A DNA stretch of 64,000 nucleotides from the NCBI GenBank assembly GCA_048013815.1, contig CM106585.1, positions 6,014,001 through 6,078,000 of the forward strand, given 5' to 3'. Below, piece after piece: positions 13,103 to 21,929 of this stretch (position 1 is its first letter; each line of letters begins with the position of its first letter). The stretch comes from Setoptus koraiensis. Taxonomy: Eukaryota > Animalia > Arthropoda. Below the pieces are notes generated by a model. The model saw nothing but the letters and a program-made list of their open reading frames with translations, was not told where the DNA came from and made no database searches. The translations under genes were made by a program, and so were the position numbers.

Positions 13103-15106
13103 ATGGCCAACGGGTACCAATGTTTGAGCAGGCTCGGCAAGGGAGCCTCCGCCGAGGTTTACAAGGCCGTTGATACGAGCGTCGACCAGTCAACTGACAG
13201 CAACAACCCCACTGACAGGCCAGGCTATGTGGCCATCAAAAAAATGGCCAGACCATGCAAATCGGAAATTCACATTCACAGAAAAGTTAAGCACAACAAC
13301 ATAGTTCAATTGTACGATGTAATACATGATGGCCAGTTCAATTATTTAATTTTAGAATTATGTAACGGTGGCACTCTTAAACAATTGCTCGAGGCCAGAA
13401 GTAATAACAACACTAATTTTAATAACTATAGTCCACTCAACAACAACCGCCTAAATGGCCGCAGTAACAACAACAACAACAATTATATAACGCCTGTACT
13501 AGACTATCATCAGATACGCGGCATCATCAGGCAACTCTGCGAGGCTCTCGTCTATTTACACCGTAACTCCATCATACACAGAGATATCAATCTTAATAAT
13601 TTACTCCTAACAGACAAAATACATACACGGGATACATTTGGCGACATCTATATTAAATTGGCCGACTTTGGCCTGGCCATCGATCTCAGCCTTAGCAATC
13701 ATCACAAACACGGTTCTGTTATGCCAAAGGGCGACACCATATGTGGCACGCCTGGCTTTATTGCGCCAGAGGTAGTCAACGGCCAACAGGTGCCCGCACC
13801 CGCTAACGACGCCTTCAGTGTCGGAGTTGTCCTATTCTGTTTGATCAATGGCCCTTGTAGACCTAAAAAGGACCAGTTCAAAAGCACATTGGCCCAGATG
13901 CCACCACTAGCCGCGGACCTAATATCCAGTTTAATGAGCGAGGATCCAACATCCAGACTATCCATTGAGGACGTGTTGAGGCATCCGTTCATTATCGGAC
14001 CAATTTCTACCGCTAGGTTACCTTTCCTTTGCAAAAGAACCAACACTATGGAAATAACAGCGGGAAACAGTCCTAAAATATCCAGTCTAACCTCCCCCAC
14101 TAGCATAGAGACAAATGTTGATGGTACAATAATTACAGTTGTTGATAAAACTTGCAAGTCTAAAAATTACACATTAGAAACATTGCCTAAAATTCACTGG
14201 AGGAAATATCACCACTTGAGTGCTTTTGTTGATCTAGTCAAAGCCAAAGTAGTTAAGGTCAACTTCTATTGTAACAAAGTCGCATCAAATGGACCGCTCA
14301 TCGAAAGGTGCTGTCTCATGGAGAATGGAAGTCTTGAAATTAAAATAAGCTACCCAAAGCACACTATGAAAAAATCTCGTATTCTATTGTTTGAAAGATT
14401 TGAAACTCGCTTTGAGAACCACTGTGTTCCAGCTAGTGAACTGAGAGACATCTGCACTCAATGTAGATTACTTGAAAGGAATCTACTAAAACAAGTCAGG
14501 CGACTTCCTAACTCAAATCAAAATTACAACATATTCCCGGCTACATTCGGTCAGAAATCTAACAAGACGAGAAGTTTCTGTTCCTCGATAGACAGCAAAC
14601 GAGATTCAACAACTGCAAATAGATGGAATACCAGTATGGATTGTGGCGAGATCACAGAACAACCTTCGAAATACAATTCGCTTAATCCTCATGCAGTAAA
14701 ATTTGCAAATAAATCAGACAGTGGTTTTGAATTCTCATCACATGACCTGATTCCAAATGACTATTTAATTCCTCTGGATAACAAGAGGGATTTCAGAACA
14801 ACAGAAAGTCAACCGTTCGATGATAGTGCTGATTCTGAAAATCACGTGGATATTCCTCGATATATTCCTGCGCACCACGACAGTATTTCTTGTGTGCTCC
14901 AGCGGTTGAATAGTCTCGAGTTTTCATTCAAAGACAGAAGTAAACTCACCATCTACATGGGTCAAAAAATAGTCTATGATTACCCCAGGGGCATGACCAT
15001 TGAAATTGACATCTCTCGAGATCCTCCAGATCTTAGCAGCTTACCAAATGAGTTATTAACCAAAATACTTATAGCAAAAGAGTTAGATCCAACAGTTTGT
15101 CCGTAA
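13103..15106 (+). CDS. PLK4: Polo-like kinase 4 (SAK), intronless, 667 aa
   Basis: Kinase motifs LGKGASAEVY, VAIKK, HRDINLNN, DFG, TICGTPGFIAPE. Cryptic polo-box signature LETLPKIHWRKYHHLSAFVDLVKAK matches PLK4 ([22 protein letters not shown]). C-terminal PB3-like segment. Confidence 0.9.
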   Translation: MANGYQCLSRLGKGASAEVYKAVDTSVDQSTDSNNPTDRPGYVAIKKMARPCKSEIHIHRKVKHNNIVQLYDVIHDGQFNYLILELCNGGTLKQLLEARSNNNTNFNNYSPLNNNRLNGRSNNNNNNYITPVLDYHQIRGIIRQLCEALVYLHRNSIIHRDINLNNLLLTDKIHTRDTFGDIYIKLADFGLAIDLSLSNHHKHGSVMPKGDTICGTPGFIAPEVVNGQQVPAPANDAFSVGVVLFCLINGPCRPKKDQFKSTLAQMPPLAADLISSLMSEDPTSRLSIEDVLRHPFIIGPISTARLPFLCKRTNTMEITAGNSPKISSLTSPTSIETNVDGTIITVVDKTCKSKNYTLETLPKIHWRKYHHLSAFVDLVKAKVVKVNFYCNKVASNGPLIERCCLMENGSLEIKISYPKHTMKKSRILLFERFETRFENHCVPASELRDICTQCRLLERNLLKQVRRLPNSNQNYNIFPATFGQKSNKTRSFCSSIDSKRDSTTANRWNTSMDCGEITEQPSKYNSLNPHAVKFANKSDSGFEFSSHDLIPNDYLIPLDNKRDFRTTESQPFDDSADSENHVDIPRYIPAHHDSISCVLQRLNSLEFSFKDRSKLTIYMGQKIVYDYPRGMTIEIDISRDPPDLSSLPNELLTKILIAKELDPTVCP

Positions 15107-15139
15107 TAAATTAATAAACTTCCAAACAAATAATTACAG

Positions 15140-15688
15140 TCAAGTTTGTGCTGACTCTTTTCCTTTTTTATCTTTCTTGTTTTGTCTCTTTATGTCCTTC
15201 TTGCTCTTACTTTTTCCAGTGGCCAAAACTTTTACTATGTCAGGATGAGCGAACTCTTTAGTATCATGATCACTAATGGAAAGGGTATAACGAATGGCAA
15301 GATCTGAAATGAATTGATTCAAACTAGAATTGTCCGAGGCTTCGACGCTCATAAGCAACAGACTTTTGATTTTGTCAGGAGTTGCAGATTGCAAGTTAGT
15401 GATCCCAAGGCAAGGTATCTTGTGTTTCTGGCCATAATCAAGCAGGAATTTTGTCAAATATGGCGGTGCAGTCGAATCATAGAAGATGGCTTTTGATCTA
15501 CCATTTTTAATAGATCTCAGAGCAGAATTGAGGCCCAGCTTGAAGGATTTGTTCTCATATTTTCTCAATTCTTCCTTAATATAATTGATTTGGCTGTCGT
15601 TTAACGACGGTGGAACTGGCGTCTTTGGTCCTCTGTAGTATGATAATAATGGCTGCCGGTATGGTTTGTTTTTCTTGGTCTTGGCCAT
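15140..15688 (-). CDS. L7Ae/L30e-fold RNA-binding protein, probably RNase P/MRP subunit p38-like (ATG at 15688, 182 aa)
   Basis: FKLGLNSALRSIKNGRSKAIFYDSTAPPYLTKFLLDYGQKHKIPCLGI fits the L7Ae fold; basic C-terminal tail. The ORF track starts at a TTG four codons upstream of the ATG. Confidence 0.65.
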   Translation of the reverse strand: MAKTKKNKPYRQPLLSYYRGPKTPVPPSLNDSQINYIKEELRKYENKSFKLGLNSALRSIKNGRSKAIFYDSTAPPYLTKFLLDYGQKHKIPCLGITNLQSATPDKIKSLLLMSVEASDNSSLNQFISDLAIRYTLSISDHDTKEFAHPDIVKVLATGKSKSKKDIKRQNKKDKKGKESAQT

Positions 15689-16248
15689 TTCGTGGGTCAA
15701 TGTGGGACTGTTGAATTTTGGAGACGCATGTTCTTCTATAGGCCGTTAAAATTAGACAAAATTGGAGGTAAACAAAGGTATTGTTCGGGTCAATTTTAAT
15801 ACCCTATATCCGGCGCATTCTGATTTGGCCAGATTTACAAAGTGTGCTCTCTGTGGAGTTTTCGTCAAACCTGAATAGCTAATGAGAGTTGATGAAGAAC
15901 TTCCAATGTGATAATCAGATATTACTTTTTGGCCTTTGACGACACGAAATAATATCCACAACAGTAAATTCTCTCACACAATGGCAATTAATTCTGCTTC
16001 TGGAATGTCGGCAAGGCAATTCTTCCTCATAATTCTTAACGATTTGTTGGTTCAAAATCCGCGCTCTAATTTGAACAAAGGTTATGGCAATCATGTATGA
16101 GTCACATGTAAGAGACATGCATCGCTATGAACTCACAACAAAACTCTCTCTATATGGACAACAAGTTTTACTTATTCCCCATCACTTCTTCATAACAATG
16201 CCCAATCATAATTATATGTCCCTGTATAATTAAATTGGATCAGTCAAA

Positions 16249-18348
16249 ATGAAGGTGACCCACACACGCTTGACACTATTATTGTCATTAATTCAGGTTT
16301 ATCTCGTATCAAGCTCATCATGCGAAGATCAAGACCACCATGGCTCAAATGAGGATAAGCCCGTTCAATTAGTGATGCCCGACCAGCAGCACAAGGGACT
16401 CAAAATAGTTGAATCCAACTTGAAATATTTGCGAGCCCTTGAGGGCCCTGTTGCTGTGGTCGGTGTTGTTGGAAAGTTCCACTCCGGCAAATCGTTTCTC
16501 ATGAATCAATTGATGGGCAAATCGAACGGATTCGGTATTGGTCCCTCTGTTCAACCAAAGACAATGGGCATTTGGATGTGGGGCAAACCATTAACACTGC
16601 ACCTTGATAAAATTGATCAAAAGGTCAACTTGATATTTTTAGACACAGAAGGATTTGCTGCCAACAATGTCACCGAAAGGTACGACGCCAAGGTGTTTGC
16701 CGTCTCCACTTTGCTCAGTTCGCATCTATTATACAACTCAGTCAAAATCATAGATCAGTCCGATATTGAGTACCTGGAACTATTGGCTCGTCGCACTCAA
16801 TTATTTGCTCTCAGATCTCAGATGTCAAAGAGCAAATGGACCTCGGATTTCAATCAGGATCTATTGACCTTCCCGCCACTCACCTGGGTAGTGCAAGACT
16901 TCGTTCAGGAGACACAAAACAAGGAAACCCCTACAGAATGGTTACATAGGCTAATGGGCAGCCATTCGCGCGAAAGTGATAATTATACTATTAGTTTGTT
17001 AGACATATTTGAGCGTGTTGACTGTCACACTCTGTTCATACCCGCCTTCCGCAAGGACCTACTCATGGATATGTCGCAAGCAAGCGATGAAGACTTAAGC
17101 AAAGAATACAGATGGGAAAGGGACGAATTGAAGAGAAAATTACTCAAATCTATCGTGCCTAAAGAGAAAAACGATCAGTTTATAACTGGTTCAGATTTGG
17201 CACGCTTAATGCAGGTTCTTGTGACGGCCGCTAACGATGGCTCACTAGCTGATGTTCCAAGTCGGTGGGACTCATTTGTTGACCGTCTTCAAGTTACTGC
17301 TTCGCTGGATTGTGCAAAATTTTACCAGATGGAACTCGACAATTTCCTCCAGGATAAAAACGAACCCGTTAGTATGAGGGCTTTCGAGTTGTTCCACAGT
17401 CAAATAAAAGCAAGAGCTGACGAATTGCTCAAGCAACTGCTCCATGGTTTAGAAGATGCGTTAGCTAGCGCCCAACGCGATCTGGATACCAGAAGGGACA
17501 TGTATTATACTAGTATGCGAGATTTAAACGAGAAAAAAATCAAGGCGAAACTTACCTTAATCGGCCAAACCTTATTGAAGGACTTTGAAGATGCTATAAG
17601 ACCAGATAGCAAGAAGATTCCTCGAAGACCTGAGCTTCTTAACAATTTAATCGATCAAGTGATGAAGAATAGTCTTGAGGAGTTCGTTATTAAGACAGTT
17701 CAATTCAAGGATGAAAGTACATATTCTCAGTCGATTGAGCGTTTTAAAGAGGAGCTTACAGTTAGTAGTGAAAAAACGATAAAAGACAACGAACAAATAG
17801 CTGACAATCTCATATCAAAAACGCGCGCGGAAAGTCTAAGAAAATTCACTGATAGGATTAGCGCAAAATTCATAACATTACCAATCAATGAGGACACCCT
17901 GACACAACGTCTAACTCTTGAGGCCAACAAAGCTTTAGAAGATTTCAATGGACAGTTTGGAGATTATAAGGACTGTTGCAACTTTAAAACACATGTAAGT
18001 CAGTTGACCAAATCGATAGAAGAGGCTGGTCGAAGCAAACAGACCGACAACATTAAAGCCTACAAAGAGATAGTCGATGATGTTTTGACTAAGGCTAAGG
18101 ACCTTATCAAGCTATCTCAGGATAAATATAACACTGTATTTAGCTTGAACAAATTTGTTAACGACGTTTGCAATAGCTTATTATCGGAAGGGAGATCCCG
18201 ATCGTGGACACCTGATCTTAAACGCAAAGTTATAGACGAATTCATGGCTCAGGATCCTGAGATAAAGCAACTCATAGATTCAAAGCAAGGCCTATTCTCT
18301 ACAATCTTAGGTATTCTAGAGTGGTTGTGCTCTTTGATAGGTTTGTGA
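16249..18348 (+). CDS. Guanylate-binding protein (GBP/atlastin superfamily GTPase) with N-terminal signal peptide, 699 aa
   Basis: G1 GKFHSGKS, switch KTMGIWMW, G3 LDTEG, LLSSHLLYNS, WVVQDF, long helical C-terminal region. Hydrophobic N-terminus MKVTHTRLTLLLSLIQVYLVSSSSC. Confidence 0.85.
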   Translation: MKVTHTRLTLLLSLIQVYLVSSSSCEDQDHHGSNEDKPVQLVMPDQQHKGLKIVESNLKYLRALEGPVAVVGVVGKFHSGKSFLMNQLMGKSNGFGIGPSVQPKTMGIWMWGKPLTLHLDKIDQKVNLIFLDTEGFAANNVTERYDAKVFAVSTLLSSHLLYNSVKIIDQSDIEYLELLARRTQLFALRSQMSKSKWTSDFNQDLLTFPPLTWVVQDFVQETQNKETPTEWLHRLMGSHSRESDNYTISLLDIFERVDCHTLFIPAFRKDLLMDMSQASDEDLSKEYRWERDELKRKLLKSIVPKEKNDQFITGSDLARLMQVLVTAANDGSLADVPSRWDSFVDRLQVTASLDCAKFYQMELDNFLQDKNEPVSMRAFELFHSQIKARADELLKQLLHGLEDALASAQRDLDTRRDMYYTSMRDLNEKKIKAKLTLIGQTLLKDFEDAIRPDSKKIPRRPELLNNLIDQVMKNSLEEFVIKTVQFKDESTYSQSIERFKEELTVSSEKTIKDNEQIADNLISKTRAESLRKFTDRISAKFITLPINEDTLTQRLTLEANKALEDFNGQFGDYKDCCNFKTHVSQLTKSIEEAGRSKQTDNIKAYKEIVDDVLTKAKDLIKLSQDKYNTVFSLNKFVNDVCNSLLSEGRSRSWTPDLKRKVIDEFMAQDPEIKQLIDSKQGLFSTILGILEWLCSLIGL

Positions 18349-18905
18349 AGTTCAGCATTCATATTGTTTGTAAATAGACTCATACCCACATTATAATTTT
18401 TTTTTCGTACATTAAAAACTCTTTACCGCACTAGCGCTACAATAAAACTCTTATGTCAGTGTCGGCAGACACAATCATATGTTCATTTCGAAAGAAACCT
18501 GTTTGTTGTTGCTTTTACTTACGGAGCCGGTTTTGCAGGGTCGATAAGCATGGCACCACATATGCACTTGTAATACGAATCGTATTGTAAGATCGTGGAG
18601 TAGGTGAGCTGTCGTCTATCCATTCAATAGTTCATTATGTTGTATTATATAATATCAATTTAACTACGTAGCAATATAAAGATCTCTGATTGGAGAAATA
18701 AAGAAATAGCTTATCGACGTATTATCTTACAACAGTAGAACAAAGACTCGCACAGATTCAAAATGAGAGCGAAAGGGTAAACAACTATTACATTTACGGC
18801 ACCACTTGTTAGATTAGATGAATCGGTATAATCTCATTCATTTCAAGAAAAAAATTATTATTGTTTGTTGAGTTTGTAAGGAAGAAACCAAGAAACCTCA
18901 TCATC

Positions 18906-21077
18906 ATGACCATCTGTTTGATGTCGCTGCACCAGTGTAAAACTAATCTATCCAGGATTAGCAAGAAGAGATGCTTGAAACTGTCCCCCGTTCAAAATCA
19001 CCCCGTCAGATCAATATTTGCACCCGCTTCTGGATACAATATATCAACACTAAGAAATGGATCGACTATATATTACAACAGTGAACAGCTCAAATGGGCC
19101 AGAACAAGAAGTATCACAGGCAACAAACAAGACAGTTTGTATGGATATTCTTTAAAGCGATGCGCCGGTACAAGTGCCCAGCCACGGCCTTACATGGACC
19201 CCACTTATAGCTACATGTTTGGAAAATCTAACGGGCATCTCGTATACAAGAACATTGGTCAAATGTTGGACGAAAATGTTCAACGATGGCCCGACAAAAT
19301 GGTGTTTGCCAATCCAGTTGAGGGCATCGAACGTACCTACACTCAGCTAAATGAGGATACAAATAGGGTCATTAAGGCAATGATAACATTGTTGAATATT
19401 TCGAAAGGCGATTGTGTTGGTATATACTCTTATAACTGTTACAATTGGCTAATATTACAAATGGCCTGCAATAAAATTGGTGCCGTATTGACGCCAATAA
19501 ATCCATCGTACAAAGTTGACGAACTTAGTTACATACTGAAGAAGGGCCGGGTCAAAACGCTTTTTTTGCCTGGTCCACGATCGGATCAAGCTCAATTAAA
19601 TAATCATTTGGATGTGTTAAATGATCAGAGCATTCGAGAAGATATGGACAATTTAAAATTAGAGAGTGTAGTATTAATGGACGACTATGATTACGAGATA
19701 GAAAACGATAACAGATTGCCATTCAAGCAATACAACAGCAATAGTAACAATCTCAATCAAGGCAATACCAGGTTTAAAATTAATCACAAGCTCAATAAAG
19801 TGCAAATGATGAATTGGAATTACTTTTTTGATAATGACGGCATACTGACAGACGGAAACCTGTCTGACGTGGACGAACGCCAGCAATCAAACAATAGCAT
19901 TTGTCTATTCAATAGTACCAACGTTAGTCCAGATGACGTTTTTGGAATTTATTACACTTCCGGTACAACAGGTCGACCTAAGGGGGCCGTTGTTAGTCAG
20001 TTTACTGCGTTAAACAATGCGATTAGCTGTCACCACAGGCTATTTAATGCATTCTCTAAGGAAATTATCAATTGTTCGCCATTGCCCATGTTTCACATAT
20101 TTGCGGGGATATTGGTCGGTCTCACTATAGTGGGCAATCCAAACGGAACCACTATTGTTTTCCCGGGGCATAGGTACAGTATTAAGAAAATGGCGGAGAC
20201 AATGGAGAAATACAATTGCAATCTATTGACTTGTACGCCCACCATGTTGATTGATTTATTGAGTCATGTAGAACAATCCGGAGTACAATTACCGCTGAAA
20301 ATGATTCAAGTTGGCGGAGCGCCGCTACTCACTGAAGTGTTCAAGAAGGCCTTAAAGCTATTGCCCCATTTAGAGGATGTCAGATTGGGCTACGGATCAA
20401 CGGAAAACGGCGGTGTGTCAACAATACAATCAGTGTTTGAGCCAACGGAAACTAAACCATATACAGTGGGTCCACCAATTAGTTTTACTGAAGTACTGGT
20501 GGTCGATACGAAAACAAGGAAGCCCGTTGAGCACGGAAAAGACGGCGAAGTGCTAACTAGGGGCCCCAATACCATGACAGAGTATCTTGATGATCCAGTT
20601 AAAACTAACGAGGTTATAACGCAATCAAGATGGTACAAAACGGGCGACATTGGACGCTTGTTGCCGCATGGCAGCTTACAAATAGTTGGCCGAATAAAAG
20701 AATTAATAATAAAGGGCGGTGAAAATATCTACCCGAAAGAAGTGGAACAACTATTGTTGAGACACGAATCTGTGGAGGACGCGCATGTTATTGGAGTGCC
20801 CAGCAAGCGATACGGCGAAGAAGTTTGCGCTTGGGTGAAATTAAAGCCGGGCTTCGTTGAGGCCAACAAACAGGAAACAAACAGCAATAACAAAGATACA
20901 GTTGTCACTAATGAGCAGATTATCAAATTTTGCCGCGACAACATAACCTATTTCAAGGTGCCAAAATACGTTTTGTTTGTGGATACGTTCCCCATGACAC
21001 CCACGAAGAAAGCCCAACATCACATAATGAGGGACGAGTCCATAAAGATACTGGGCCTCCAGAATGAAATGGCATAA
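18906..21077 (+). CDS. ACSF2: Medium-chain acyl-CoA ligase ACSF2-like (AMP-binding family), first in-frame ATG at 18906
   Basis: YYTSGTTGRPKG AMP-binding motif, GYGSTE, WYKTGDIG, GRIKELIIKGGENIYPKEVE, FKVPKYV. Basic N-terminus compatible with a mitochondrial presequence. Confidence 0.8.
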   Translation: MTICLMSLHQCKTNLSRISKKRCLKLSPVQNHPVRSIFAPASGYNISTLRNGSTIYYNSEQLKWARTRSITGNKQDSLYGYSLKRCAGTSAQPRPYMDPTYSYMFGKSNGHLVYKNIGQMLDENVQRWPDKMVFANPVEGIERTYTQLNEDTNRVIKAMITLLNISKGDCVGIYSYNCYNWLILQMACNKIGAVLTPINPSYKVDELSYILKKGRVKTLFLPGPRSDQAQLNNHLDVLNDQSIREDMDNLKLESVVLMDDYDYEIENDNRLPFKQYNSNSNNLNQGNTRFKINHKLNKVQMMNWNYFFDNDGILTDGNLSDVDERQQSNNSICLFNSTNVSPDDVFGIYYTSGTTGRPKGAVVSQFTALNNAISCHHRLFNAFSKEIINCSPLPMFHIFAGILVGLTIVGNPNGTTIVFPGHRYSIKKMAETMEKYNCNLLTCTPTMLIDLLSHVEQSGVQLPLKMIQVGGAPLLTEVFKKALKLLPHLEDVRLGYGSTENGGVSTIQSVFEPTETKPYTVGPPISFTEVLVVDTKTRKPVEHGKDGEVLTRGPNTMTEYLDDPVKTNEVITQSRWYKTGDIGRLLPHGSLQIVGRIKELIIKGGENIYPKEVEQLLLRHESVEDAHVIGVPSKRYGEEVCAWVKLKPGFVEANKQETNSNNKDTVVTNEQIIKFCRDNITYFKVPKYVLFVDTFPMTPTKKAQHHIMRDESIKILGLQNEMA

Positions 21078-21644
21078 GCGCAGAGCGATATCGAGATAAG
21101 TCAATCTACACTGATGGATACTTGATTATGAGGCCACCTTGAACTGTGACTCTTTGGGAATTCCATCGGAATGGATAGGCGAGACACGAATTTATTCGGC
21201 ATTGAACGTTATCTACATGTTAATTCTTTGGCTTGTTTACGACTGAACACTGATCCTTTTAAATAAACTGAATAAAATTTCAGAACAGAAACACTTGTAC
21301 GCTTGAGCCAGTCCTCAGACATGCTATTGCGACGTTCTTGTATTTATTAGCGACTGTTGGCGACCCTTGAAACGCCATTCAGCCTCAGATTTCCATTCGG
21401 ATTTTTTGTTTATCAATCGGGCAAATTGTGAGCGGCAGCGATGCGATATTGTGACGAATCGACGAGATCAGACTTTTGATTTTTCTCTACGATTCCAAAT
21501 ATTTTCACAACAAGCAGAATAAACAATATGCCGTGATCTCAGAGAGGACTGGCGAGCTGTCGTGATTGGCGGCTGTTCGAAGAAGAAATGACAAGACCAC
21601 TGGCTAACAATCTTGTAAGGCCGGGGAGGACGCAGCTCCGAATC

Positions 21645-21708
21645 GCCCTGATATCATCATAATATGATGTCATCATAATATGATATCATCATGATATGAT
21701 ATCAGGGC
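21645..21708. repeat. 16-nt tandem units with ATGATATCAT palindromic cores, bounded by a 13-bp inverted repeat
   Basis: GCCCTGATATCAT ... ATGATATCAGGGC with TGATATCATCATAATA units between. Confidence 0.85.
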
Positions 21709-21848
21709 TAGTTTTATAATAGAGCGTATTGACGATGGAGCGAAATGTGATTATCGGAGCCGCAATTATACGGGGCTGCTGGTGACAGGTGAATAGAGGT
21801 GATGCGATTCGGCCAGAGAATGGGTGTTACGTGGCCGACAAAAGTAAT

Positions 21849-21929
21849 CGATATCGGCAGGATTCGAACCTGCGCGGGCGAACCCATCAGGATAGCAGCC
21901 TGACGCCTTAACCACTCGGCCACGATATC
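21849..21929 (-). tRNA. tRNA-Ser(GCT)
   Basis: Minus strand reads GATATCG TG GCC GAGTGGTTAA GGC G TCAGG CTGCTAT CCTGA TGGGTTCGCCCGC GCAGG TTCGAAT CCTGC CGATATC G. All stems pair, long variable arm, G discriminator, TTTT terminator a few nt downstream. Confidence 0.93.

Noticed and set aside
15752-16031. Selenoprotein or read-through ORF (ATG, 18 codons, TGA, then an open frame)
   Set aside because: No Sec-motif context, no SECIS seen, no recognisable homology.
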